Assembly: GCA_964016885.1 (NCBI GenBank)
Contig: OZ024752.1
Span: forward strand, 7,254,001 to 7,318,000
Length of the DNA: 64,000 nt
Direction: 5' to 3'
Source of the DNA: Eledone cirrhosa
Lineage: Eukaryota
The first letter of the stretch is position 1, and each line of letters begins with the position of its first letter. A program made the translations under genes and the position numbers. Of this stretch, positions 15,601 to 29,093 are shown one piece after another. The notes under the pieces are model-generated. The model was not told where the DNA came from. It saw only the letters and a list, made by a program, of their open reading frames with translations, and searched no databases.

Positions 15601-15829
15601 TTAATCCTTTAGCCTTGAAACCAGCCGTATCCAGCCAGAGTTCTCTCACCTCTTTCTATTCAAACTGGCTGTAACTGGCCACTCATACTGATGTTAAGGT
15701 ATTGTTCTCAAAATAAATAACATCAAAATCTCATAGATTCGATATTGTGTGAGATAATTATGTGAGGTAAAGCCTCTACCATGAAAATATAATAGTATAT
15801 ATAAAGTAATGTGAATGCTAAAGGGTTAA
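15601..15829 (+). mobile_element. TTAA-flanked piggyBac-like MITE, copy B (about 1 unit)
   Basis: TTAA-TCCTTTAGC...AATGCTAAAGGG-TTAA. Confidence 0.75.
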
Positions 15830-16609
15830 AATGCCGTATGTTTAAGGAGTTTACTTCACGTGCTCCAAGGTTCAGTCCTGCTGTGGTACCTTGAGCAAGT
15901 GTCACCTGCTATGGCACCTTGAGCAAATGTCACCTGCAGGGTTGACCAATGCCTTGTGAGTGGAATTTGGTAAAAAGTATCTGCTGAAGCCTGCCATACA
16001 TATGTTATATGTGTGTGTGTGTGTTGGGGTGTGTGTGTGGGTGTGTGTTGGTGTGTATGTGGGTGTGTGTTGGTGTGTATGTGTTGGTGTGTGTATGTGA
16101 GTGTGTTGGTGTATGTTGGTGTGTGTGTGTGTTGCTGTGTGTGCGTGAGTGTTGGTGTGTGTGCGTGAGTGTATGTGTGTGTGCGTGAGTGTATGTGTGT
16201 GTGCGTGAGTGTATGTGTGTGTGTGTGTGAATGTGTGTGTGTATGTGGGTGAGTGTATGTGTATGTGTATGTGTGTGTGAGTGTCTGTGTGATATTTCTA
16301 ACTAGCCACAGTTACCACAGCCACTGGAAGTATGTAGAGAAGTAGAGTAACATTCTATCTAAATTACAAATGGCCGACACCTTATTATATTTTATATATG
16401 CACCACCAAGTGTGAGAAACATCTGGTCAGTTGAAAACATATTCTAAAGCCTGGGAAGCGGGAGACATTTCTGTCAAAACATCCCTTTTAAAAGCAAAAC
16501 ATCACACTGAGAACTGAAATAGTAGAATCACTAATAAGATGGACATTAGTGATCTAATGTGGGTTGCACTGCAGATTTCTAATCTGTCAGTAAATGATCA
16601 GAGAGAATG

Positions 16610-17072
16610 CAGGCATGGCTGTGTGGTTAACAGGCTCAGATCACAATCATGAGGTTTGCATTACTCTGTGGTCCAGGCATGGCTGTGTGGTTAACAGGCT
16701 CAGATCACAATCATGAGGTTTGCATTACTCTGTGGTCCAGGCATGGCTGTGTGGTTAACAGGCTCAGATCACAATCATGAGGTTTGCATTACTCTGTGGT
16801 CCAGGCATGGCTGTGTGGTTAACAGGCTCAGATCACAATCATGAGGTTTGCATTACTCTGTGGTCCAGGCATGGCTGTGTGGTTAATAGGCTCAGATCAC
16901 AATCATGAGGTTTGCATTACTCTGTGGTCCAGGCATGGCTGTGTGGTTAATAGGCTCAGGTCACAATCATGAGGTTTGCATTACTCTGTGGTCCAGGCAT
17001 GGCTGTGTGGTTAATAGGCTCAGGTCACAATCATGAGGTTTGCATTACTCTGTGGTCCTGGTATGGCTGTGG
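16610..17072. repeat. 64-bp minisatellite, 7 copies
   Basis: CAGGCATGGCTGTGTGGTTAACAGGCTCAGATCACAATCATGAGGTTTGCATTACTCTGTGGTC. Confidence 0.95.
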
Positions 17073-18206
17073 GGGTGGGGGGTTACATAGTAATTTGTGG
17101 AGCAATTTTGTTAAAAAGAGTTTGGCAAACAATCTGTAACACTTCCACAATAGAATATATTGATTGAAGCAGAAGATTTGATTATTCTCAACACATAATT
17201 TAATGAATAGTGTTTAAATACCCACGAGACAAAGAACTTTCGATATCAAATTTATAGCAAATTAAATCATTATAGAAGCTATTGCCGTGAGATGTAAATC
17301 AAGAGTATGGTTTGGTAGATACAGGAGTTATGCCTAGACGGTAATGAAAGCAGGTGTTTCAGGTAGGGTCTAGTTATTGCTTGGTGAAAGCAGGAGTTAT
17401 ACCTAGACTGTAATGGAAGTAAGTATTTGGTTATTGCTTGGTGAAGACTATTTTAAGCAAGAAACATCTGCATTGCTAGAGCAGACATCAACTAAAGAAA
17501 CAGGGTTTGTAAGAAACATATCAAAGACATCAATTGCTAGAATTACAATTCCAAATTTATTATCAGCAATTGGAAAGTGTGAACAATCCTGAAAATGTGA
17601 GATCGTTGATATATGTTCTGTAACGAACTTGATTAAGAATATATCTGGGTTAATTAACAGTTGTCTCTAGTTTTTGAAATATCATAAACTAAGTCTTTTA
17701 TCAGTTTACTGACAAATGTGTTATAAATAGAACTGGATAATGATATTAATCATAATAATAATTGTTTCTACTTTAGGCACAAGGCCAGCAATTACCCAGT
17801 ACATTACTGGTACTTTATTTTATCGACCCCATAAGGATGAAAGGCAAAGTTAACCTCGGCGGGATTTGAACTCAGACTGTAAAGGGACGTAACTATGCTA
17901 GAAAGCATGGCGTCCGACTCTCTACCGATACTGCCAATTCCCCAACTATTATTATTATTATTAATCATAATAATAATAATAGTTGTTTCTACTTTTGGCA
18001 CAAGGACAGCAATTACCCGAGTGAATTACTGGTGCTTTATTTTATCGACCTCCGTAAGGATGAAAGGCAAAGTTAACCTCAGCAGAATTTGAATTCAGAC
18101 CGTAAAGGGCCGTAACTCCATGCTGCAAAGCATGATAATAATTGTTCTACATTTGTCACAAGGCATTAATCCCAGTGCATTACTGATACTTTATTTTATC
18201 AACCCT

Positions 18207-18445
18207 GTAAGGTGTAAGTGAGCAAGGTCAGTTTTTATCACCTCATCCCAGGTTTTTCTTGGTCTACCCACTCCGTAGCTTCCATCAATTTTCATTGCTC
18301 TACACTTTTTTATACAGCTGTCGTCCTTCATATGCATCACATGTCCATACCAACGCAGTCTCCTCTCCAGAACACAACATTTGATACCTCTTATGCTTAG
18401 TCTCTCTCTCAATTTGTTTATACTTCGCCGTTTGCACACATTACT
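18207..18445 (-). mobile_element. RTE ORF2 C-terminal fragment
   Basis: [28 protein letters not shown]...GRPRKTWD. Confidence 0.85.
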
Positions 18446-18515
18446 ATTACTATAATTAGATTTAATCTATATATATATACATACTATAATTAGGTTAAAT
18501 CTGTATATATATATA

Positions 18516-18741
18516 CTCAGCTGTAGAAATGAGATGATAGGGACCGGGGTCCTTATCATTCCACTGCAAAGTGGTCGTGGAGGTGTCACGGCAAAAAAGC
18601 ACCCAGCACTCACTGTAAATGAGGTTGGTGTTAGGAAGGGCATCCAGCTGTAGAAATCAAGCCAGAATCAGTTCCCGTCCCACCCTTGCAAGCAGGGAAA
18701 AGCGGACGTAAAATGATGATGATGATGATGATGATGATGAT
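18516..18741 (+). mobile_element. 5'-truncated family 1 SINE
   Basis: Body and RTE tail match 3942-4152. Confidence 0.8.
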
Positions 18742-18901
18742 ACAAATATATATATATTGATTATGTTACTCAACAAAGAAAGCTTAATGAATATTGAGCT
18801 CAGAGCATAATTTATACAAATTTAAACAATATACAAACATATTTTTCCATATATCTAGTTGAGGAACAACTAATATTATGGACAACAAATAATAAATGTA
18901 C

Positions 18902-21900
18902 TTAAACCAGCCATATATGGCCAGAATTCTCTCACTTCTTTCTGTTCAAACTGGCTGTAACTGGATGCTCATACTGATGTTAAGGTATTGTTCTCAAAAT
19001 AAATAATATCAAAATCTCATAGATTTTGATATTATGTGGGATAATTATGTGAGGTAAACATTTACTGTGAAAATACAATAGTATATATAGAGTAATGTAA
19101 ATGTTATGTGAGATATTATGTGAGGTAAAGACTTTACTGTGAAAATACAATAGTATATATAGAGTAATGTAAATGTTATGTGAGGTAAAGCCTTTACTGT
19201 GAAAATACAATAGTATATATAGAGTAATGTAAATGTTATGTGATATTATGTGAGGTAAAGCCTTTACCAAGAAAATACAATAGTATATATAGAGTAATGT
19301 AAATGTTATGTGAGATATTATGTGAGGTAAAGCCTTTACTGTGAAAATACAATAGTATATATAGAGTAATGTAAATGTTATGCAAGATATTATGTGAGGT
19401 AAAGCCTTTACTATGAAAATATAATAGTATATATATAGAGTAATGTAAATGTTATATGAGACATTATGTGAGGTAAGACCTTTACTGTGAAAATACAATA
19501 GTATATATAGAGTAATGTAAATGTTATGTGAGATATTATGTGAGGTAAAGTCTTTACTGTGAAAATACAATAGTATATATATAGAGTAATGTAAATGTTA
19601 TGTGAGGTAAAGCCTTTACTGTGAAAATACAATAGTATATATAGAGTAATGTAAATGTTATGTGATATTATGTGAGGTAAAGCCTTTACCATGAAAATAC
19701 AATAGTATATATAGAGTAATGTAAATGTTATGTGAGATATTATGTGAGGTAAAGCCTTTACTGTGAAAATACAATAGTATATATAGAGTAATATAAATGT
19801 TATGTGAGATATTATGTGAGGTAAAGTCTTTACTGTGAAAATACAATAGTATATATAGAGTAATGTAAATGTTATGTGAGGTAAAGCCTTTACTGTGAAA
19901 ATACAATAGTATATATAGAGTAATGTAAATGTTATGCAAGATATTATGTGAGGTAAAGCCTTTACTATGAAAATATAATAGTATATATATAGAGTAATGT
20001 AAATGTTATATGAGACATTATGTGAGGTAAGACCTTTACTGTAAAAATACAATAGTATATATAGAGTAATGTAAATGTTATGTGAGATATTATGTGAGGT
20101 AAAGTCTTTACTGTGAAAATACAATAGTATATATATAGAGTAATGTAAATGTTATATGAGATATTATGTGAGGTAAAGCCTTTACTGTGAAAATACAATA
20201 GTATATATAGAGTAATGTAAATGTTATGTGAGGTAAAGCCTTTACTGTGAAAATACAATAGTATATATAGAGTAATGTAAATGTTATGTGATATTATGTG
20301 AGGTAAAGCCTTTAGTATGAAAATATAATAGTATATATAGAGTAATGTAAATGTTATATGAGATATTATGTGAGGTAAAGCCTTTACTGTGAAAATACAA
20401 TAGTATATATAGAGTAATGTAAATGTTATGTGATATTATGTGAGGTAAAGCCTTTAGTATGAAAATATAATAGTATATATAGAGTAATGTAAATGTTATA
20501 TGAGATATTATGTGAGGTAAAGCCTTTACTGTGAAAATACAATAGTATATATAGAGTAATGTAAATGTTATATGAGATATTATGAGAGGTAAAGCCTTTA
20601 CTCTGAAAATACAATAGTATATATAGAGTAATGTAAATGTTATGTAAAATATTATGTGAGGTAAAGCCTTTAGTATGAAAATACAATAGTATATATAGAG
20701 TAATGTAAATGTTATGCAAGATATTATGTGAGGTAAAGCCTTTACTATGAAAATATAATAGTATATATATAGAGTAATGTAAATGTTATATGAGACATTA
20801 TGTGAGGTAAGACCTTTACTGTGAAAATACAATAGTATATATAGAGTAATGTAAATGTTATGTGAGATATTATGTGAGGTAAAGTCTTTACTGTGAAAAT
20901 ACAATAGTATATATATAGAGTAATGTAAATGTTATGTGAGGTAAAGCCTTTACTGTGAAAATACAATAGTATATATAGAGTAATGTAAATGTTATGTGAT
21001 ATTATGTGAGGTAAAGCCTTTACCATGAAAATACAATAGTATATATAGAGTAATGTAAATGTTATGTGAGATATTATGTGAGGTAAAGCCTTTACTGTGA
21101 AAATACAATAGTATATATAGAGTAATATAAATGTTATGTGAGATATTATGTGAGGTAAAGTTTTACTGTGAAAATACAATAGTATATATAGAGTAATGTA
21201 AATGTTATGTGAGGTAAAGCCTTTACTGTGAAAATACAATAGTATATATAGAGTAATGTAAATGTTATGCAAGATATTATGTGAGGTAAAGCCTTTACTA
21301 TGAAAATATAATAGTATATATATAGAGTAATGTAAATGTTATATGAGACATTATGTGAGGTAAGACCTTTACTGTGAAAATACAATAGTATATATAGAGT
21401 AATGTAAATGTTATGTGAGATATTATGTGAGGTAAAGTCTTTACTGTGAAAATACAATAGTATATATATAGAGTAATGTAAATGTTATATGAGATATTAT
21501 GTGAGGTAAAGCCTTTACTGTGAAAATACAATAGTATATATAGAGTAATGTAAATGTTATGTGAGGTAAAGCCTTTACTGTGAAAATACAATAGTATATA
21601 TAGAGTAATGTAAATGTTATGTGATATTATGTGAGGTAAAGCCTTTAGTATGAAAATATAATAGTATATATAGAGTAATGTAAATGTTATATGAGATATT
21701 ATGTGAGGTAAAGCCTTTACTGTGAAAATACAATAGTATATATAGAGTAATGTAAATGTTTTGTGATATTATGTGAGGTAAAGCCTTTAGTATGAAAATA
21801 TAATAGTATATATAGAGTAATGTAAATGTTATATGAGATATTATGTGAGGTAAAGCCTTTACTGTGAAAATACAATAGTATATATAGAGTAATGTAAATG

Positions 21901-22110
21901 TTATATGAGATATTATGAGAGGTAAAGCCTTTACTGTGAAAATACAATAGTATATATAGAGTAATGTAAATGTTATGTAAAATATTATGTGAGGTAAAGC
22001 CTTTAGTATGAAAATATAATAGTATATATAGAGTAATGTAAATGTTATATGAGATATTATGTGAGGTAAAGCCTTTACTGTGAAAATACAATAGTATATA
22101 TAGAGTAATG
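18902..22110 (+). repeat. MITE copy C with a roughly 55-unit array of the 60-bp satellite (47/58/60/62-bp variants)
   Basis: MITE left body 18902-19030, then TTATGTGAGGTAAAGCCTTTACTGTGAAAATACAATAGTATATATAGAGTAATGTAAATG units; right end cut by a SINE. Confidence 0.9.
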
Positions 22111-22319
22111 ATTTCTATGTTGGGCACAAGAACAGCAATTTTGGTAGAGAGGGCAAAGTCGATTAAATCAACTCAGTTCATTACTGGTACTTTATTTTAA
22201 CGACCCTGTAAGGATGAAAGGCAAAGTTAACCTTGGTGGGATTTGAACTCAGATCGTAAAGGGCCATAACGCTATGCTGCAAAGTATGGTGTCTGACGCT
22301 GTACTGATACTGCCAATGC

Positions 22320-22408
22320 AGTAGTGGTAGTGGTAGTAGTAGTGGTGGTGGTGGTGGTGGTGGTGGTGGTGGTGGTGGTCGTCGTCGTCGTCGTGGTGTG
22401 GTGGTGGT

Positions 22409-22488
<80 letters not shown>

Positions 22489-22620
22489 AGGGTAGTTGTA
22501 GTAGTAGTTAGTAGTAGTAGTAGTACTAGTAGTAGTGTGGGGGGGGGGTAGTAGTAGTAGTAGTAGTAGTACTAGTAGTAGTGTGGGGGGGTCGTAGCAG
22601 CAGTAGTAGTAGAAGTAGTA

Positions 22621-22672
<52 letters not shown>

Positions 22673-23495
22673 CAGTTCTCTAATATGTTAAATGTTTTAA
22701 TTTCTGTTATTTGATAACTTTTTGTTGCTGCTGCTGCTGTTGTTGTTGTTGCTGTTGTTGTTGCTGTTGTTGTTGTTGTTGCTGCTGTTGTTGCTGTTGT
22801 TGCTGTTGTTGTTGCTGTAGTAGTCATCATTAACTGCAATGTAGCCCTACCTCCATTACAACAATATATTGACCCCCTCCCCCCTCTACAATATCATCAT
22901 TGATCCTCCCACAATTGTAATTCTATCAGCTATTGAGTTAACTAATACACACACATACATACACTCACATACACATACATACACTCATACATACACACAG
23001 TCATACACATATACACACACATACATACACACATATACATACACACATACACACACATACACACACATACACACACACACACATATACACATACATACAC
23101 TCACATGCACACATACACATACATACATACACATACATACATACACTCACATACATACACACACACATACACACATACACACACATACACATACATACAC
23201 TCACATACACACATACACATACATACATACATACACATACATACACATGCATACATACACACACACATACACTCACATACACATACATACATACACATAC
23301 ATACACACACATACATACACACACATACACATACACACACATACACACATACTCACACACATATACATACACACCCTCCCACACACACATACACTCACAT
23401 ACACACACTCATACACTCATACACACACACACACATACTTACACTCATACACACACACTCCTACACAGACACATACACTCACTCCTACATACATA
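22320..23495. repeat. (GTA)/(GGT)/(GTT)n and degenerate (CA)n microsatellite cluster
   Basis: Direct reading. Confidence 0.9.
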
Positions 23496-23632
23496 ACTCC
23501 AGCCTCACTCTTCCATACACCTCGCCATGACTACAGGCTGAAGCATTCATCTAGTGTGCTCCACCCCACGCCTTCTGCAACCTCCCGCATCCTAACACTC
23601 CTTCCCAATCCCGACAGACCACTCCCACGATA

Positions 23633-25364
23633 GTGTCACAACACAAGCACCCAGTCCACACTGTAAAGTGGTCGTGTAGGTGTCACAACAAAAGCACCCA
23701 GTCCACACTGTAAAGTGGTCATGTAGGTGACACAACAAAAGCACCCAGTCCACACTGTAAAGTGGTCATGTAGGTGACACAACAAAAGCACCCAGTCCAC
23801 ACTGTAAAGTGGTCATGTAGGTGACACAACAAAAGCACCCAGTCCACACTGTAAAGTGGTCATGTAGGTGACACAACAAAAGCACCCAGTCCACACTGTA
23901 AAGTGGTCATGTAGGTGACACAACAAAAGCACCCAGTCCACACTGTAAAGAGGTTGTGTAGGTGTCACAACACAAGCACCCAGTCCACACTGTAAAGTGG
24001 TCATGTAGGTGTCACAACACAAGCACCCAGTCCACACTGTAAAGAGGTCGTGTAGGTGTCACAACACAAGCACCCAGTCCACACTGTAAAGAGGTTATCT
24101 AGGTGTCACAACACAAGCACCCAGTCCACACTGTAAAGAGGTCGTGTAGGTGTCACAACACAAGCACCCAGTCCACACTGTAAAGTGGTCATGTAGGTGT
24201 CACAACACAAGCACCCAGTCCACACTGTAAAGTGGTCATGTAGGTGTCACAACACAAGCACCCAGTCCACACTGTAAAGTGGTCATGTAGGTGACACAAC
24301 AAAAGCACCCAGTCCACACTGTAAAGAGGTTATGTAGGTGTTACAACAAAAGCACCCAGTCCACACTGTAAAGAGGTCATGTTGGTGACACAACAAAAGC
24401 ACCCAGTCCACACTGTAAAGTGGTCATGTTGGTGACACAACACAAGCACCCAGTCCACACTGTAAAGTGGTCGTGTAGGTGTCACAACACAAGCACCCAG
24501 TCCACACTGTAAAGTGGTCATGTTGGTGACACAACACAAGCACCCAGTCCACACTGTAAAGTGGTCGTGTAGGTGTCACAACACAAGCACCCAGTCCACA
24601 CTGTAAAGTGGTCATGTAGGTGTCACAACAAAAGCACCCAGTCCACACTGTAAAGTGGTCATGTTGGTGACACAACACAAGCACCCAGTCCACACTGTAA
24701 AGTGGTCGTGTAGGTGTCACAACACAAGCACCCAGTCCACACTGTAAAGTGGTCATGTAGGTGACACAACAAAAGCACCCAGTCCACACTGTAAAGAGGT
24801 CATGTTGGTGACACAACAAAAGCACCCAGTCCACACTGTAAAGTGGTCATGTTGGTGACACAACACAAGCACCCAGTCCACACTGTAAAGTGGTCGTGTA
24901 GGTGTCACAACACAAGCACCCAGTCCACACTGTAAAGTGGTCATGTTGGTGACACAACACAAGCACCCAGTCCACACTGTAAAGTGGTCGTGTAGGTGTC
25001 ACAACACAAGCACCCAGTCCACACTGTAAAGTGGTCATGTAGGTGTCACAACAAAAGCACCCAGTCCACACTGTAAAGTGGTCATGTTGGTGACACAACA
25101 CAAGCACCCAGTCCACACTGTAAAGTGGTCGTGTAGGTGTCACAACACAAGCACCCAGTCCACACTGTAAAGTGGTCGTGTAGGTGTCACAACACAAGCA
25201 CCCAGTCCACACTGTAAAGTGGTCATGTTGGTGACACAACACAAGCACCCAGTCCACACTGTAAAGAGGTCATGTTGGTGACACAACAAAAGCACCCAGT
25301 CCACACTGTAAAGTGGTCATGTTGGTGACACAACAAAAGCACCCAGTCCACACTGTAAAGTGGT
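23633..25364. repeat. 47-bp minisatellite, about 37 copies, inside an RTE-UTR/SINE-type element
   Basis: CCCAGTCCACACTGTAAAGTGGTCATGTAGGTGTCACAACACAAGCA; continues into the element 3' end (25365-25497). Confidence 0.95.
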
Positions 25365-25834
25365 CTGTGTTAGGAAGAGCATCCAGCTGTAGAAACCAAG
25401 CCAGAAACAGTTCTGTGACCTGACATGGCATTTCTCATAACAGAACAACTCGTCTAACCCATGCTAGCGTGGAAAAATAGACGTTAAACAGTGATGATAT
25501 ATCATCATCATCATCATCATCATCATCATATAGTAATAATTGTTTCTACTTTTGGCATAAGGCCAGCAATTATCCCAGTGTGTTACTGATACTTTATTTT
25601 ATCGACCCCGTAAAGATGAAAGACAAAGTTAACCTCGGCGGGATTTGAACTCAGATCATAAAGGGCCGTAACTTTATGCTAAAAACCATGGTGTCCGACT
25701 CTCTACCAACACTGCCAATCCACCACCTGTTATATCCACCATCATATATAGTAAGAATAATTATGAAGACCAAAATCCAAAAGAACCTGTAAAAGGGTGA
25801 AAGCAGCAATTCTTTGCTTAAACTTTAATCTGTA

Positions 25835-26054
<220 letters not shown>

Positions 26055-26135
26055 CCTATTACCCACTCTACTACCCTAAGTATTGAGTACTTTGGTGCGT
26101 TATGGTCCACCTGGTTCCTTACCACTTTTCCTTCG

Positions 26136-26171
<36 letters not shown>

Positions 26172-26176
<5 letters not shown>

Positions 26177-26520
26177 AGAAGACCCAACTACCGTTGCATA
26201 CAAACCTACAGTCAGTAGGTATCTCTTAACTCAATGTACACCCCACCACCACACCCTACCCCACCCTCCCTCTCCCGTTCTGTCCACTGTGTTGATGGCA
26301 CAACAGTCCACACTGTAAGGTGGCCGTGTAGGAGACACGGTGAAAAGGCTCTCAGTCCACTCTGTAAATGTGGTTGGTGTTAGGAAGGGCATCCAGCTGT
26401 AAAAAAAACCTGCCAGAGACACTTCCGTGTGAGCAAGACTTGGTCTCCCGACCATTCCTGCATCAAATGGAACAAGACCGTTTAACCCATGGAAGATGGA
26501 CGTTAAACGATGATGATGAT
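26172..26520 (+). mobile_element. RTE (long-UTR family) 3' end
   Basis: Collinear with the reverse complement of 8798-9210; related pieces at 52992-53397 (-), 58580-58907 (+) and 61138-61356 (+). Confidence 0.7.
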
Positions 26521-26711
26521 ATATATATATGTATATATGTGTATATATATATATATAAATAAATATACGCGGGTGTGTATGATTGTGTATAGAAGATTAT
26601 ATTAATAAAAGGAATTCCAACTTTGTCTGATTTACTCGTTTTATTTACAATCCTTTAAAATTATAATGATATCATAATGAAATAGTATGGTAGAATATTA
26701 AATGTTAAGTG

Positions 26712-26759
<48 letters not shown>

Positions 26760-27695
26760 GGGGGGGGGTCTGTGTGCATGTGTGTATGTAAAAGGTAAAC
26801 AGAAATAAGAACACAATCGCTACAGTATATGGAAGGTATATATTAGGTTAACGCTTGATGTAGCAGGAAGAGGGTCTTAACGTTTCGGACGCTAGTCCTT
26901 CATCAGTAGAAAGAATGAGAAATAAGATAGATTGAGGGGATGAGCGGGGTGGAATTGTGTATATATATGTATGTATATAACTATATATTGTTATACTTTG
27001 GTAGGGTCATGCTACCAATAAAAACATACACACCAGTTGAGTTTCACTTCAGTTTATTATACATAGACTTAATGTATATTGTGAAGGTACGTTGCTTAGT
27101 GGTTAGAGGTATTTAATTCCCAATCAGAAGGTTGTGAGTTCAACTCCTGCCAGTGTGTTGTGTCTTTGACGAAGCCACTTCATGTTGCTCTGGTCCTCTC
27201 AGATGGTAAGAAGTGAGTTCTACCTCTGATTTAAAGGGCTACCATTGTCATACAGTGTTATGTTGGATCTCCCTGAGAATTACATTAAAGATATACATGT
27301 CTGTGGAATACTCAGCCACTTGTAAAGTAATTTCACAAACAGGCTGTTTCTTTGATCATACAACTAAAACAATCAACAGAGATGCAACAGAAAAGTTTAA
27401 TATCGGAACGCATACTCTTTTATTCTGAATCACACTGTGTTAGTACTGTGACTTGACTAAACAAAAATATTAGATATGGTGTGGTTTAGTTGATTCTATA
27501 TTTCCCCTATAAATTGATGGCCCTCTGCCAATATATGGAATCAATATTTGGCAGACTTCATGAGGAATTTATTCCAAACTTCATTTCCATTTCTAGAAGA
27601 ACAAAGAGAAGGATACTTGCAGATAACCTCTGGCATTGTTCATATAAAATACAGCACAACAGATCAGATTGATTGATCCTCCCTCAGTTTCAGTG

Positions 27696-28998
27696 AACAG
27701 TAGCCACTGGTTCAATCTACTGAGTCTACAGCTCAACATTAGTCACTGGTTCAATCTACTGAGTCTACAGCTCAACAGTAGCCACTGGTTCAATCTACTG
27801 AGTCTACAGCTCAACATTAGCCACTGGTTCAATCTACTGAGTCTACAGCTCAACATCAGTCACTGGTTCAATCTACTGAGTCTACAACTCAACAGCAGCC
27901 ACTGGTTCAATCTACTGAGTCTACAGCTCAACATCAGTCACTGGTTCAATCTACTGAGTCTACAACTCAACAGCAGCCACTGGTTCAATCTACTGAGTCT
28001 ACAGTTTACCACCAGTCATCCACAGGCTCAATATACTGAGTCTACAGCTCAACAGCAGCCACTGGTTCAATCTACTGAGTCTACAGCTCAACATTAGCCA
28101 CTGGTTCAATCTACTGAGTCTACAGCTCAACAGTAGCCACTGGTTCAATCTACTGAGTCTACAGCTCAACAGTAGCCACTGGTTCAATCTACTGAGTCTA
28201 CAGCTCAACAGTAGCCACTGGTTCAATCTACTGAGTCTACAGCTCAACATCAGTCACTGGTTCAATCTACTGAGTCTACAGTTTACCACCAGTCATCCAC
28301 AGGCTCAATCTACTGAGTCTACAGCTCAACAGTAGCCACTGGTTCAATCTACTGAGTCTACAGCTCAACAGTAGCCACTGGTTCAATCTACTGAGTCTAC
28401 AGCTCAACAGTAGCCACTGGTTCAATCTACTGAGTCTACAGCTCAACATTAGCCACTGGTTCAATCTACTGAGTCTACAGCTCAACATTAGCCACTGGTT
28501 CAATCTACTGAGTCTACAACTCAACAGCAGCCACTGGTTCAATCTACTCTAGTCTACAGCTCAACAGTAGCCACTGGTTCAATCTACTGAGTCTACAGCT
28601 CAACAGTAGCCACTGGTTCAATCTACTGAGTCTACAGCTCAACATCAGTCACTGGTTCAATCTACTGAGTCTACAGCTCAACAGTAGCCACTGGTTCAAT
28701 CTACTGAGTCTACAGCTCAACAGTAGCCACTGGTTCAATCTACTGAGTCTACAGCTCAACATCAGCCACTGGTTCAATCTACTGAGTCTACAGTTTACCA
28801 CCAGTCATCCACAGGCTCAATCTACTGAGTCTACAGCTCAACAGCAGCTACTGGTTCAATCTACTGAGTCTACAGCTCAACAGTAGCCACTGGTTCAATC
28901 TACTGAGTCTACAGCTCAACATCAGTCACTGGTTCAATCTACTGAGTCTACAGCTCAATATCAGTCATCCACAGGTTCAATCTACTGAGTCTACAGCT
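27696..28998. repeat. 39-bp minisatellite, about 33 copies
   Basis: CACTGGTTCAATCTACTGAGTCTACAGCTCAACAGTAGC, with a recurrent longer variant at about 28003, 28281 and 28793. Confidence 0.95.
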
Positions 28999-29093
28999 AA
29001 TGAATCAAAGTATAAGTGGTTGAGTATTCCACAAACACATGTACCTTTAACATACCTCTCAGACAGAATCAGCCTGACATACCATAAAACAGT

